Shown: positions 13,244-25,248 of the stretch, in pieces
Layout of the letters: every line of letters begins with the position of its first letter
Numbering within the stretch: position 1 is the first letter of the stretch
Assembly (NCBI RefSeq): GCF_006345805.1
Contig: NC_042997.1
Coordinates: forward strand, 108,500,001 to 108,564,000
DNA: 64,000 nucleotides
Source: Octopus sinensis
Lineage: Eukaryota
Direction of reading: 5' to 3'
Position numbers and translations under genes: made by a program
Notes under the pieces: model-generated
What the model was told of the DNA's origin: nothing
Databases searched by the model: none
The model's input: only the letters and a program-made list of their open reading frames with translations

Positions 13244-14630
13244 TTATACACACCACACACACATATCTATGTGTATGTGTGAGAGTATATGTTTATGTAT
13301 TTACAACTGTGCGCAGAGTGATGTGTTTTGTGGGGGTCTAACTATATCAATGAAGTACTTTTTTGTCATTGATTTGTGATCGAACATTAGTATCGATATC
13401 GGTGGGTCATCAACTGTCCCCTCTTACTGCCTTAAAGGTGGTGAGTGTCGATGTGAAACTAAAATTTCCCTCTGAAAGTTTAAAAAAAAAAAAATCAAGA
13501 AAATCGTGGTTCAGTTTGTTGGTAAGACAAATTCTTCAGTGTACACACCCAATTTCTGCGAGTGAGTCATGACAAAAGTTAATTCTTTCTAATTTCGAGT
13601 TGTTCTCGATAGAGTTTAGAACAAAACAAAAAAAATCTAAAAAAAAAAAAGAAATAAAAAGTCATGGTTTAGATAGCTTTCATCTTGGAAACCATATCAC
13701 AAGTCTTAAATTACTCTAAATATAAACTCGACGACTAACTGGTAAAGTATTCCATGTTGAAGTTAAATTAATTGACCTCATTATATACAAATATATACAT
13801 ACATATATATATATATATATATCTTATTATAATATATATATAAATGTATGTGTTTATCCATCGTTGTTAGATTCTTCTTTCGTTTTATAATGACACTGGA
13901 CTAGAATGTCGGTGCTCTAAACCCAAGCAACTCTAATAATTGAGTGAAGGTGGAGAAAGAGAGAGAAGACACCCGTATTGAACTACTTTTTAAGAACATT
14001 TTTTCTTTATATTCTCTCTCTCTCTCTCTCTCTCTCTACGTTTGGAGGTGGGGGTGGGGAAAGAAGGAAAACCCAAAGCGACCTAATTTTTCCTTTCTTT
14101 TCTTGTCTTTCAGTCTTTCTTTCTCGATTGTTTGTTATAAATCGTTTCTCGTCTCAGATTTTTTTTCTCTTCCGAAGTGACAGAGCAAATAACTTGTCCT
14201 GCCTTCTTCATCTCTCTCTCTCTCTCTGTCACTATTAATTACCACCACCAATACTACCACCACCACCACCACCACCACTACTACTACTATTACTACTAAG
14301 AAGTTTTGAACTAACTGGCTTTTCAACTTATTGATTGCATTCTATTCTAAAAAAAAAAAACTAGGTTATTTCCAGGTTTTTTTTTTAACAAACTGATTTA
14401 AAAATAAATTTTGTATTTGTTATTTTAATACTTCTCGAATTAATTTTGTATTTAATACTGTCAATGATTAGCCTGTAAAAAAGTGTGTTTTTATTAATAA
14501 ATTAAATAACGAAAGGAATTATTGTAGAATTATATTACAAATTACTTAATTGTGGTTGCTTGGTTATACATATCTGCCTGACCCGTAACTCCGAAAACAA
14601 TCTTTTAAACTCGACTTCTCACTCGGTTAT

Positions 14631-14987
14631 GCGCAGGCGTGGCTATGTGGTAAGGAGATTGTTTCTCAACCACATGGTTCCGGGTTCAGTCTCACTGCGT
14701 GGCACCTTGGGCAAGTGTCTTCTACTGTAGCCTCTGACCGATCAAGGTCTTGCAGGTGGATTTAGTTGACGGAAACTGAAAGAAGCCTATCGTGTGTATA
14801 TATGTGTGCGTGTGTGTTTCTGCTTGTCCCCTTACCACACCTTGGCAACTGGTAGAATAAGTACCAAGCTTAAAAAAAAACGTATTGGGGTTTGATTCAT
14901 TTGACTAAGATTTCTCCATAGTGGTGCACCAGCATGGCCGTTGTCTAATGATTGAAACAAATAAAAAATAAAAGAGACGTGATATAT
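14631..14987 (+). mobile_element. Family B tRNA-derived CORE-like SINE
   Basis: A-box tggctatgtggtaag, B-box-like gggttcagtctc, core ggcaccttgggcaagtgtcttc, A-rich tail. Confidence 0.85.
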
Positions 14988-15056
14988 AACTGCCATGCTT
15001 TAAACTCTTGATCCTTGAGTCACTGTAACGTCTGTCAATTAAAAATAATATATATA

Positions 15057-15096
<40 letters not shown>

Positions 15097-15275
15097 TATA
15101 TATTATTTTTAATTGACAGACGTTACAGTGACTCAAGGATCAAGAGTTTAAAGCATGGCAGTTATATATCACGTCTCTTTTATTTTTTATTTGTTTCAAT
15201 CATTAGACAACGGCCATGCTGGTGCACCACTATGGAGAAATCTTAGTCAAATGAATCAAACCCCAATACGTTTTT
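14876..15275. repeat. Perfect palindrome: 175-bp arms around a 50-bp (TA)n centre
   Basis: 14876-15050 is the exact reverse complement of 15101-15275, checked block by block with no mismatch. Confidence 0.97.
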
Positions 15276-15974
15276 ATATATATATATATATATATATATA
15301 AAGTTTTAGTGTTTCCAGGTAAACAGTTTATATTTATAAATAAAAAAAAAAGTGTCACCTGTTCATGACCCAGCCAACAATCTGCTCTTTATTTACTTTT
15401 GAATTTTTTTTTTTTCCTTTTCCATTTAAGGCTTGCCATCCATAGTTGGTCAGCTAACTAAATGGCTTAGTAACAGGCAGCAAATTACTAACAAACCTCA
15501 TTAAACTCGTGCTGCCAATAACTAGGTTAGAGAACAGAACATTAGTGAGCTGTGATGACTCAAACTTGATTGTCTGGTGGGAGATGGGGCTGATGTAACT
15601 GCCGCTCTGAGAGATGATGGTGAGAGAGAGGGATTGTGTAAGGAGTGGTGGTCAGTGTGGAACCAGAGGTGGGCTTGTATGTTATTTCTTCAGAAAACCT
15701 CATTGAAGAACGTCTTGAGAAGTGACCAGTTCTGTCATTAATATAAAGACTAGATGTGAATTTGTGTGAATTCTATAAGGTTTTGAAAATTCTCTGACAC
15801 CAGATGGCACTGATTCATTCACATCAATTATTTTGGGACAAACATCACAGTAATATGTCTGTTGCCATCATCATCATCATTAGGTTATTGAGGCAGTTTT
15901 TCATTCTGAGTTCAGTTCCTACTGTGTGTGCTTTATATTTCAGTTTTTTAGGGGTTAATTAAATATTGAGTCTT

Positions 15975-16210
15975 CTTCTCTTGTCTTGAGACAGCATTCA
16001 TCCGGGGTGGGTTGAGCTGACTTCATTCATCCTCATTGCTGCATCTCTCACAGTTGCCGACCAGGTCTGGCGATTTGAGGCTAACGACTGCGTGATCTCC
16101 AACCACTCCTTATTCCAGCGGCGAACGCCGTAGATATGCGGCCTAGGTTGGGTTCCAGATCAGCCTTCCAAATATTATGAGTGGGCTGTTCCCATTCCAC
16201 AAAATGGCTG
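15975..16210 (-). mobile_element. 3' end of a second RTE-like LINE family
   Basis: Minus strand reads ..GVRRWNKEWLEITQSLASNRQTWSATVRDA.., then a caagag-type tail. Confidence 0.65.
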
Positions 16211-16229
16211 GCATTGTCTGTGTTGTAGT

Positions 16230-16415
16230 GCCAGACTAGTCTGTTAAGAGTACTGGGCTGTATTCTACTGCTATAGTGTGCTCAGAGTACCAGACTGTCC
16301 TTCTGTAGTGTACTCAGGGTCTGTCAGAGCACCAGATTGTATTCTGCCGTGGTGTACCTGGGGTTTGTTAAAGTACCAGTCTATATTCTATTATTATGGT
16401 GTACCCAGGGTTAAA
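16230..16415. repeat. Degenerate ~44-bp minisatellite (about 4 units)
   Basis: Recurring agagtaccagactgtattctg..gtggtgtac.cagggt. Confidence 0.6.
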
Positions 16416-16631
16416 GCTTACTATTTTTGCCTTCTCAGCTTGATGACATAAGTACCAATTAACAGTGCACCTCCTCCCAATTTGGGGCCTTAGGCCAAAA
16501 TTCCAAATAATGTTTATTATCAAAAATAGTGGATTTCCCAGTGACAGTCTTGAGTTCGGTTCATACAGAAGTCACCATGGTTTTCATCTTTCCAAAACCT
16601 GTTAACCATTAGAATCAATTAAATTCTTTAA

Positions 16632-17006
16632 TCTCTCTCTATATAAACGGCAGTTTGTCTGTGTGTGTTTTTGTGTGTCTGTCAGGTTGTACCCTCACCC
16701 TGACCACGGCTTTCAACCAATTCTGATGAAACTTGACACACACATAGCCCAATATCATAATTCAAAACTAACGCAGCGAAAATTTTGAAAAGTTCCCCCA
16801 GTTCTGAAAAAGATCGATAAATTCGACATGGGGTCGACAATCAGAAACACAAACCACAGATGGTCTAGGGGACGCAACTCGACCTTTTTAACTATCAAAA
16901 AAAATTTACCAAAATTTTTTTCCCCATTTTTTTTGCTATAACTCTCTAAAAATGCTTTATAGTTATTTCCCTTACAAACCCGAGCAACGCCGGGCGATAC
17001 TGCTAG
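16632..17006 (+). mobile_element. Complete non-autonomous Helitron
   Basis: 5' TC(TC)nTATATAAA after A; 3' hairpin cccgagcaacgccggg (16979-16994) then CTAG followed by T; no TSD. Confidence 0.85.
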
Positions 17007-17214
17007 TGGAGCAATAAAAGCAGGGAGGTATTCTGCTGGTATTTTGAGTTCATTTTCTTCTGACTTCTGTTGTCCTTTTCTTACATCAAATCTATCTGTG
17101 GCCTCTGTTCAAGGGTAGAAATTATTAAGAGTGGTAGGCTGAACTGTTGTATTAGTTTCGATCTGATCAGGATTCACTTTAATCTCTCTCTCTCTCTCTC
17201 TCTCTGGGGTTCAC

Positions 17215-17512
17215 CCCATAAATCTGTAACACCATGTGATCACCTGACCAATCAGGCCATTCAGTGTTGCTATACATCACTGGTCACTTTGTATTGTTTT
17301 AGCTTTTGAATGATGCCATCCTACTGGCTGGGCAAGCAAGCCAGCATTTCCCCTGAATGGAAGGCTAATCCATCACAGGGGTGGTCCCATTTGCAGCTGA
17401 GTGGACTGGGGCAACATGAAATGAAGTGGTTTGCTCCAGAATGCAACATGCTGCTGGTCTGGGAATTGAACCCATAATTGTAATTGCAACATGCCTAACC
17501 ATTAGGCCATGT
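17215..17512 (-). mobile_element. Family D-related SINE
   Basis: Reverse complement of 9340-9565 with tRNA-like head at the right end. Confidence 0.6.
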
Positions 17513-17911
17513 GCATTTAAAACTGATAATAGATTAATTATGTCCCTTCCCTACTAATAAGTGGTAGTGTGCTGATAATGTGGATGGTACAATTAGTAAA
17601 ATCTCAGCTAGAATCACTGCTTTCACATCTATTTTACTTTGCTGGCATGGGTTAGGAAAAACTTGTCAAAGCAGATTTTCTAAAGCCAGATGTTTTCTCT
17701 GGTCACCAGTCCTTGTTTCCCATGTAAAGCATCTTCATCTCACCGCTTCTCAAATATCGAAAGCAATGAAGCAACTGAAACTACAGGATTTCTGTTTACC
17801 AGAAAATATAATCAAAGGCACCATTTTTCTTTCGCTCAGTCAGTGTTGGTACAGGGAAAAGACATTCACATGTCCTCTCTCTCTCTCTCTTTCACACACA
17901 CACTTGATCTT

Positions 17912-18163
17912 TTTTTCACGTAAAAGCACCAACCGATCGTGGCCGTTTGCCAGCCTCTTCTGGCCCCTGTGCCGGTGGCATGTAAAAAGCACCCACTACA
18001 CCCACGGAGTGGTTGGCGTTAGGAAGGGCATCCCAGCTGTAGAAACACTGCCAGATCAGACTGGTGCCTGGTGCAGCCTCCTTGGCTTCTCAGGCCCCGG
18101 TTGAACCATCCAACCCATGCTAGCATGGAAAACGGACGTTAAACGTTGACGACGATGATGATG
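17912..18163 (+). mobile_element. Family A retroposon
   Basis: Family A body and tail. Confidence 0.85.
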
Positions 18164-19019
18164 TCTACCTGTCTACCAATTGTTCTAAAAGCATTGGTCA
18201 GCTGAGGACCATGATAGAAGACAGCTCCCCAAAGTGCCTTGCTGTGGATCAAATTAGGAATTTTGTCATTATAAGCAGACACAACACTGTCTGTGATATT
18301 TAGTTGCATCTCTTTAGATTCTTGGTTCAAATCCTGCTCTTTTGGAGTTTGCCTTTCTTTCTTGTAGAATTAACAAAATAAATAACAATTACATTGATCA
18401 GTGCAGATGTGTGGCTGAGTGGTTAAGAAGCCTGCTTCTCCACCACTGGGTTATGGGTTTAGTCCCACTGTATTGCATCTTGGGTAAGTATCTCCTACTT
18501 CAGCTGCAGGCTGACTAAAACCTTGAGTGGATTTAGGGGAGAGAAATTGTGATGACACTTGGTTGACAACTTGGAGGAGAGGTTTAGTATGGCTGCATCC
18601 AGTGTGTGGGATTTTTTTTTTATCCTGTGTTTCCTTGTCTTCTTTTGTCATCAACTACATTTTTTATTATTCATATGTGTGTGTGTGCATGTGTTATTGT
18701 TTCCAAATCTTGATATTATGTGGTGGTTGTAAATGAGTATCATCATCATACAAGCAGTGTCCTTTGCTTTCAGTCTTCTGTAAAAATACGTCTGGCTATG
18801 AGGAAATATATTACCTAGAGACAGGTGGGAGTTGGCAACTGGAAGGACATCTAGCCATACAAAATATGCTTCATTGTGTTCCATCCATCCTATAACAACA
18901 TGAAGAACAAATAGTTAAAATGGTGGTGACGATACTGAGGTTGGTTTGTCTGTTCATATAAGACATCCTTGATAGAAGAGAGATCTCTGTTTGAAACCAC
19001 AGAGTACTCCATCGGTTAT

Positions 19020-19536
19020 GGGGTCAAGGCTTCCGGTTGATCCGATCAACTGGACAGCTTGCTTGTGAAACTGACCTGCAAGTGGCTGAGAACTCCACAG
19101 AGTCGCATACCTATTTCTTTACTACCCACAAGGGGCTAAACACAGAGAAGACAAACAAGGACAAATGGATTAAGTCAATTACATTGACCCCAGTGCGTAA
19201 CTGGTACTTATTTAATCGATCCCTAAAGGATGAAAGGCAAAGTCGACCTTGGCGGAATTTGAACTCAGAACGTAGCAGCAGACGAAATACGGCTACACAT
19301 TTCACCCGGCGTGCTAACGTTTCTGCCAGCTCGCTGCCTTCCCTTAATGTATTTCCTCAGGGAAATTCAGTCTGACACAGAATAGGACAAGGCCGGCCCT
19401 TTGAATTACTGGAATGGCTTATTTTTGCCAGCTGAGTGGAAATTGTCTTGCTTAAGGACACAATGTGCTGTCAGGAATCGAACTCACAATCTTATGATTA
19501 CGAGCTGAATACTGAAACCACTAAGCCATTCACCTT
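19020..19536 (-). mobile_element. Family D SINE split by a family C SINE
   Basis: Family D sequence on both sides of 19108-19340; tRNA-like head at the right end (ggaatcgaactc...accactaagcca). Confidence 0.65.
19108..19340 (-). mobile_element. Family C tRNA-derived SINE
   Basis: Reverse complement of 30804-31033. Confidence 0.9.
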
Positions 19537-20230
19537 CACAACACAAGTTGTGGATTAACTCCTGGATTACTGACAACCAGTTGTTGTTATTAGCTTTTTA
19601 CTATAACAGACACTGAACCGTGTCTGCAGACACAACAATTCTTAACTGGGATGGAAATGGGTGCCATTCCTATTTCATGGTTGAGTGATTAGCTGTGGCG
19701 TTGGTGCATGCTGTAATAACTACGCAGATTGAGAAAAAACAAAATAATTCATTCTGGAAGGAACAAATGATGAGGGAAATGTTTAGAAATCTTCATAAAA
19801 GGACATTTTTTTTCTTGATAATTTCCACTGTTTAAATTGTTTTAAGTCCTGTTGTAGATTTAGTTATCTGTTTTCACATCTATCAACAGATTCCATCTCT
19901 TTATGCCATATTTCCAGTGAATCACTGACTTATTCCTGTATCACTCTCTCTATTCACCTGTAGTACTTTACTAATTTTATTATTCCATTCATGGCCACCT
20001 CTCCATTGCCTTATTTCCTGCATTCCACCACCACCACCATCATCATTATTGTTTGAACATCCACTTTCCCATGTTTGCATGAGTCAGACTCCCAATGACT
20101 GGATGCCCCTCCTGTTGCTGACCCTCACCTCTTATCAAGCAAGGTCATATTTTCCCATCACCAGACTGGAAGTGAACAACATGGCTTGTACACAACCATC
20201 ATGTGATCTCAAAACAATGCTACACGCATA

Positions 20231-20540
20231 CATCATCATCATCGTTTAAAGTCCATTTTCCATGCTAGCATGGGTTGGACGGTTTGACCGGGGTCTGGGA
20301 AGCCAGGAGGCTGCACCAGGCTCCAGTCTTGATCTGGCAGTGTTTCTACAGCTGGATGTCCTTCCTAATGCCAACCACTCCGTGAGTGTAGTGGGTGCTT
20401 TTTACATGCCACCGGCACGGAAGCCAGTCAAAGCAAAGCTGGCATCGACCACATATGGATGGTGCTTTTTATGTGCCACCGACAGAGGTGTCAGGGAAGG
20501 CTGGCAACGGCCACGATCGGTTGGTGCTTTTTATGTGCCA
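20231..20540 (-). mobile_element. Family A retroposon
   Basis: (CAT)n plus reverse-complement body with internal gtgcca.tggcac units. Confidence 0.85.
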
Positions 20541-21242
20541 TGGACATTAAATGATGATGAACAGGCTTCTTTCAGTTTCAGTCCATCAAATCCACTCTCA
20601 AGGCTCTGGTCAGCCTAGAGCTATAGAAGACACTTGACCAAGATGTCATGCACTGGGATTGAACCCCGAACCTTCTCAACCACACAGTCATGTCTTCACC
20701 ATATTATCATGTTGTTTCAGATAAGGATTTTCAGAGTTCTTTCTTTTTAGTTTCTTTACATAATGACCCAGTTCCTTGTAGAAGTTACTCTGGTTGTTAT
20801 CTGTTTTGGTTTTTTTTTCTTTCCAAAATGTTCTTTGTCTTTCTGCAGAAATGTTTACTCCAAGTTAACCTGTTTTCATTTGGAACCAAACTAAGTAACT
20901 GGCTATTCTAATGGATAGGAACCAATATTAGCTTCTTCATTGGGATTGTAAGTCCATTCCAAGACGATTCTGTTTCCTTCTAGACATGCCTGCTGTCCAT
21001 TTGTCTATCTTTTACTCATCATGCTTCTTACATTTCTAAAGTTCATGACATCATCAGACATTTTTTTTTTCCTTTTGCTAATTGACTTTGTCACATCTAA
21101 GACAATCATTTGACCCATGGCCATTGCTACCTACAAAGTCACTCTCTCTTCCTCCTCCCCTCTTTCCCCATTTTTCACACTCTTTCTCCACTCTCTCTCA
21201 CTCTCTCTCTCCCATTTATTAAAGTATTGGCATCTCTTGTAT

Positions 21243-21392
21243 ATATTTCTTTATTGCCCACAAGGGGCTAAACACAGAGGGGACAAACAGGGACAGACAA
21301 AAGGATTAAGTTGATTACATCGACCCAAGTGCAAAACTGGTACTTTATTTATCGACCCCGAAAGGATAAAAGGCAAAGTCGACCTCGGCGGA
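21243..21392 (-). mobile_element. Family C SINE, 5'-truncated
   Basis: Matches the 3' half of family C. Confidence 0.8.
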
Positions 21393-21489
21393 AAGAGTAT
21401 AAATGCTGTGTTTGAATGTTGGTTTGAAAGATCTAGAAGAAAACATAAGAAAAACAACAAAAGAAAAAAAAAGCATCAGTTCTTATTGA

Positions 21490-21768
21490 GAGAGACGGAA
21501 ACTGAAAGAAGCCCATCGTATATATGTATATATATATGTATGTGTGTGTGTGTGTGCATATGTTTGTGTGTCTGTTTGTCTCCCCAACATTGCTTGACAA
21601 CTGATGCTGGTGTGTTTATGTCCCCTGTAACTTAGCAGTTCGGTAAAAGTGACCGATAGAATAAATACTAGGCTTACAAAGAATAAGTCCTGGGGTCGAT
21701 TTGCTTGACTAAAGGCAGTACTCCCGCATGGCCACAGTCAAATGACTGAAACAAGTAAAAGAGAAAGA
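21490..21768 (+). mobile_element. Family B SINE, 3' part
   Basis: acggaaactgaaagaagccc...gactgaaacaagtaaaagag, as in 57302-57710. Confidence 0.85.
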
Positions 21769-22450
21769 TAATATGTTGGTAGAGGTGAAACCTGAAAAAT
21801 ATTTTTTCCCCCAATTTTAGAATTCTTTGTTTGAGTGAGATTTGTCATTTTACCAGTGCTACACTTTTTATGGACAGAGTTTATATCCTTGAAACTACTT
21901 CCTTGTAGTAGCTTATTAATGCCATATTGCTAACAAATTCTCCATTATCTATATTTTAAAGAAGTTCATTATGATATTAATTGTTCTTCTAGTGATTCCA
22001 TTTTTCTATTCCACTTTCCGTGTCATTTGTCTAACAGTTGCCCGTAACCTTGCTGGAACTTATTGTCAACTTTGAAACAATGATTCATTGAAATGTTATT
22101 GGACCAAAAGAAATTATAAATCCTGAATTTGTTTCAATATTTCAACCTGCAGACATATTTCCTTTGTTTCTCTCAGTTTCGGCTGTCTTTCTGTTACCTT
22201 TTCCTGGGAAACCTAACATCCAAGACTTTTTTTTAATTAAGTAGGAAATGGTAGTTCTTTGGTAACTCTAAGTGATTTTGTTTTGATCAATACTAGTTGT
22301 GCATCTGTGTTCCCTTTTCTTCATTTTGCAGTACAAAAAATCTTATCCATTACAGAATATTTTCAAAATATTTATGGTTTACTTAACTTTAATCCGATTT
22401 TGATGGTCCTCTTCTACCTTAGCCAAACAATTATGTATTTTCTGCATGTT

Positions 22451-22780
22451 CATCATCATCATCATCATCGTTTAACATCCGTTTTCCATGCTAGCATGGG
22501 TTGGACAGTTTGACCGGGGTTTGGGAAGTCAGGAGGCTGCACCAGGCTCCAGTCTGATCTGGTAGTGTTTCTACAGCTGGATGCCCTTCCTAATGCCAAC
22601 CACTCCGTGAGTATATTGGGTGCTTTTTACGTGCCACCAGCACAGGTGCCAGGGGAGGCTGGCAACGACCATGATCGGTTGGTGCTTTTTACGTGCCACT
22701 GGCACAGGTGCCGGGGGAGGCTGGCAACGGCCACGATCGGTTGGTGGTTTTTACGTGCCACCAACACGGAAGCCAATCAA
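22451..22780 (-). mobile_element. Family A retroposon with about 3 internal units
   Basis: (CAT)n, family A body, repeated ggtgctttttacgtgccac. Confidence 0.85.
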
Positions 22781-23550
22781 GGTAGCGCTTATTTTTTTTT
22801 TGCATATTCAAACAGAATGTCTGTAGAATATTTGTAGGATTGTTGATGTGAACTTAGTTGTTGAGACATTTTGTTTCTCAGGAGGTTCATTAAGCCACTA
22901 ATAACCACATGCACTGCATAAGTTCGTTATTGTGTGTGACTGTTTGTAATAGTGTTCAAGTGTGTTGATGTTGAAAAAGTTTGGTTTTCTAATGTAACTG
23001 AATTCCAACACAATATTTAATCTTTAATAAGCGTTATCTTTCTATTATTCTGGTTTGTCACTTTTTTTGCAAGTAAACGTTTCATTTTAGTTTAATGTCA
23101 GAATGAAATTTCAACAAAGAAAGCATTACATATTTCAAATATTAGTAAATTAATAATCTAAAAAGTTAGATATTTTGTTTAACACTCCACCTCTAAAAAC
23201 AAAAACAAAAAAAAAAAGTGAATTTGTTCCGTCAGCTGTTGATTTTGTCTAGAAATAGGATTGTGAAAGGATTAAGATAATAAAGATTACTTGCTTAACC
23301 CATTAGCATTTAAACTAGTCCACATACCCAGCTCAAATATTCTACCTATTTTATGTTCAAACTAGCCACATCTGGCCTCTCATACCTACCCTACAATGTT
23401 AGTCTAAACATAAACAATCACAATTCTATATTTAAGAGATGAGGAATTATGTACATTATTTACATTTGACAGATATTTGTCCTCACCTTGTTTGTTGTTA
23501 ACACAATGTTTCGGCTGATATACTCTCCAGCCTCCGAACCTGTGTTCTCA

Positions 23551-23800
23551 TTCATCATCATCATCATTTAACGTCCATTTTCCGTGCTAGCACGGGTTGG
23601 ACGGTTTGACCGGGGTCTGGGAAGCCAGGAGGCTGCACCAGGCCCAGTCTGATCTGGCAGTATTTCTACAGCTGGATGCCCTTCCTAACGCCAATCACTC
23701 CGTGAGTGTATTGGGTGCTTTTTACGTGCCAGGGGAGGCTGGCAGCGGCCACGATCGGTTGGTGCTTTTTACATGCCACTGGCACAGAAGCCAGTCAAGG
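23551..23800 (-). mobile_element. Family A retroposon
   Basis: (CAT)n plus reverse-complement body. Confidence 0.85.
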
Positions 23801-25216
23801 CTTCCTAAGGTATTTTTCAATGTTATTATTAATCAGGTCACTGCCTGGAATCAAAGTTAGTATCTTGGGGTTAGTAGCCCATGCTCTTAATCACTATGCC
23901 ATATGCATGCGGACAATTATGGAGTGAATTTTAGGGCTTATAAATCTAATATTTTCCTATCCTTCCTTAATACCACTTCCCAGGTGACTGTTGTGTCCTA
24001 ACATAAGCATTACATTTGACAGCGTCATCCAAATGCTAAAAGTTTAGATTTATTGTTTCTCTTCTGATGTAGTTGTTTTGTTGTTGACAATTGTGTGACC
24101 CCTTGAGTGTAAAAGGAAGTTTACAGGGTCTCAGCTGACCTGCTAAAATTAGTAGCCAAATCCTCCTAAAATCATACTGGTGCATTTTGCAAAAGGAAGG
24201 ATTTGCTGAGTAATGTAAACTTTGGTTGATTGTCATAGTTGGAATGTCTTTGTTCATAGGATTACATTATCCTTAGTGTTGTTACCAGAGTGACCAGTGG
24301 CCAGTTTTGTCACCCAGATGACCAATATTCAGAGACCAGTTTGCCATATCTTTCACCAGATGCATAATTTTACTCCTGGTTGGACACAAGTACACAAACA
24401 CACAAACACACACATGACAAACTTTTTTCAGTTTCCATCTACCCAATCCATTCACAAAGCTTTGGTCAGCTCTGGGCTATTGTAGAAGATACTTCCCAAA
24501 GGTACCATACAGTGGGACTGAACCTGGATCAATGTAGTTGGGAAGCAAGCTTCTTGCCACCCAGTCATGCTTGTGCTTATAGGCTTAGCTTTGAAAGCAT
24601 TTTCAAAACAAAAACTTTGAGAAAAATCCAAGAAGTCAAAAGAAGAGGCTGGATGAAAAATAGATTATAGAAAGTTGTTTTTATCAATAGAAATCAAGAA
24701 AAATTAAAAGATGAATGGAGGAGATAGGTTGTTGTACAAACTCAGTTAACCCTTGACTTTTGGTGCTGATGAAAGTACAATAATTCCTGAAACATGCATA
24801 TACATGCATTACCTATTTTGTCTATCTTCGATTGCATTGTTTACATAAACATATTCATATACAAAATGTAACTTTCTGTGCTGGCACTGAATTCTATAGA
24901 AAATCTGTGAAGATAAACTTTAAAATGTTTTATTGTGTTATTGAGACAATCTACAGCTCTTGGCTGTAATCCTATTTTTGCCATAGTGTGCTTTTAAGTC
25001 AAATTATTACTTTATAATTACCACACATTCTAAAAGAGAAAATGAACTTATGAATGAAGATATAAAACTAATTTCTTTTGTTTATTTTAGTCTCCAGTTC
25101 CAACCTGGTGCACTAGTACTTAATTTTGCCTGTTTCTGTGTTTCTGTCAGTATTTCTTATATTTTGGGGTATTTTTTGGGCACCCAGTTCATAACTCCAT
25201 ACAATCTCTTCCCACC

Positions 25217-25248
<32 letters not shown>

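Larger units (their letters stand above)
11290..14640. promoter_or_regulatory. CpG-retaining island, probable promoter/TSS region
   Basis: Non-repeat AT-rich sequence here keeps visibly more CG dinucleotides (e.g. gatcgatccctatcgatgatgtttcgat, gcgtacgcgcgcgc, tatcgatatcgg) than non-repeat DNA at 21.8-26 kb; promoter role is inferred. Confidence 0.5.

Noticed and set aside
15545-15612. C/D-box snoRNA (GTGATGA...CTGA)
   Set aside because: No terminal stem and no recognisable guide; these motifs are frequent by chance
23470-23535. Hammerhead ribozyme on the minus strand (GGCTG-loop-CAGCC GAAAC)
   Set aside because: Stem II and GAAA are present but the CUGANGA core is absent in this copy
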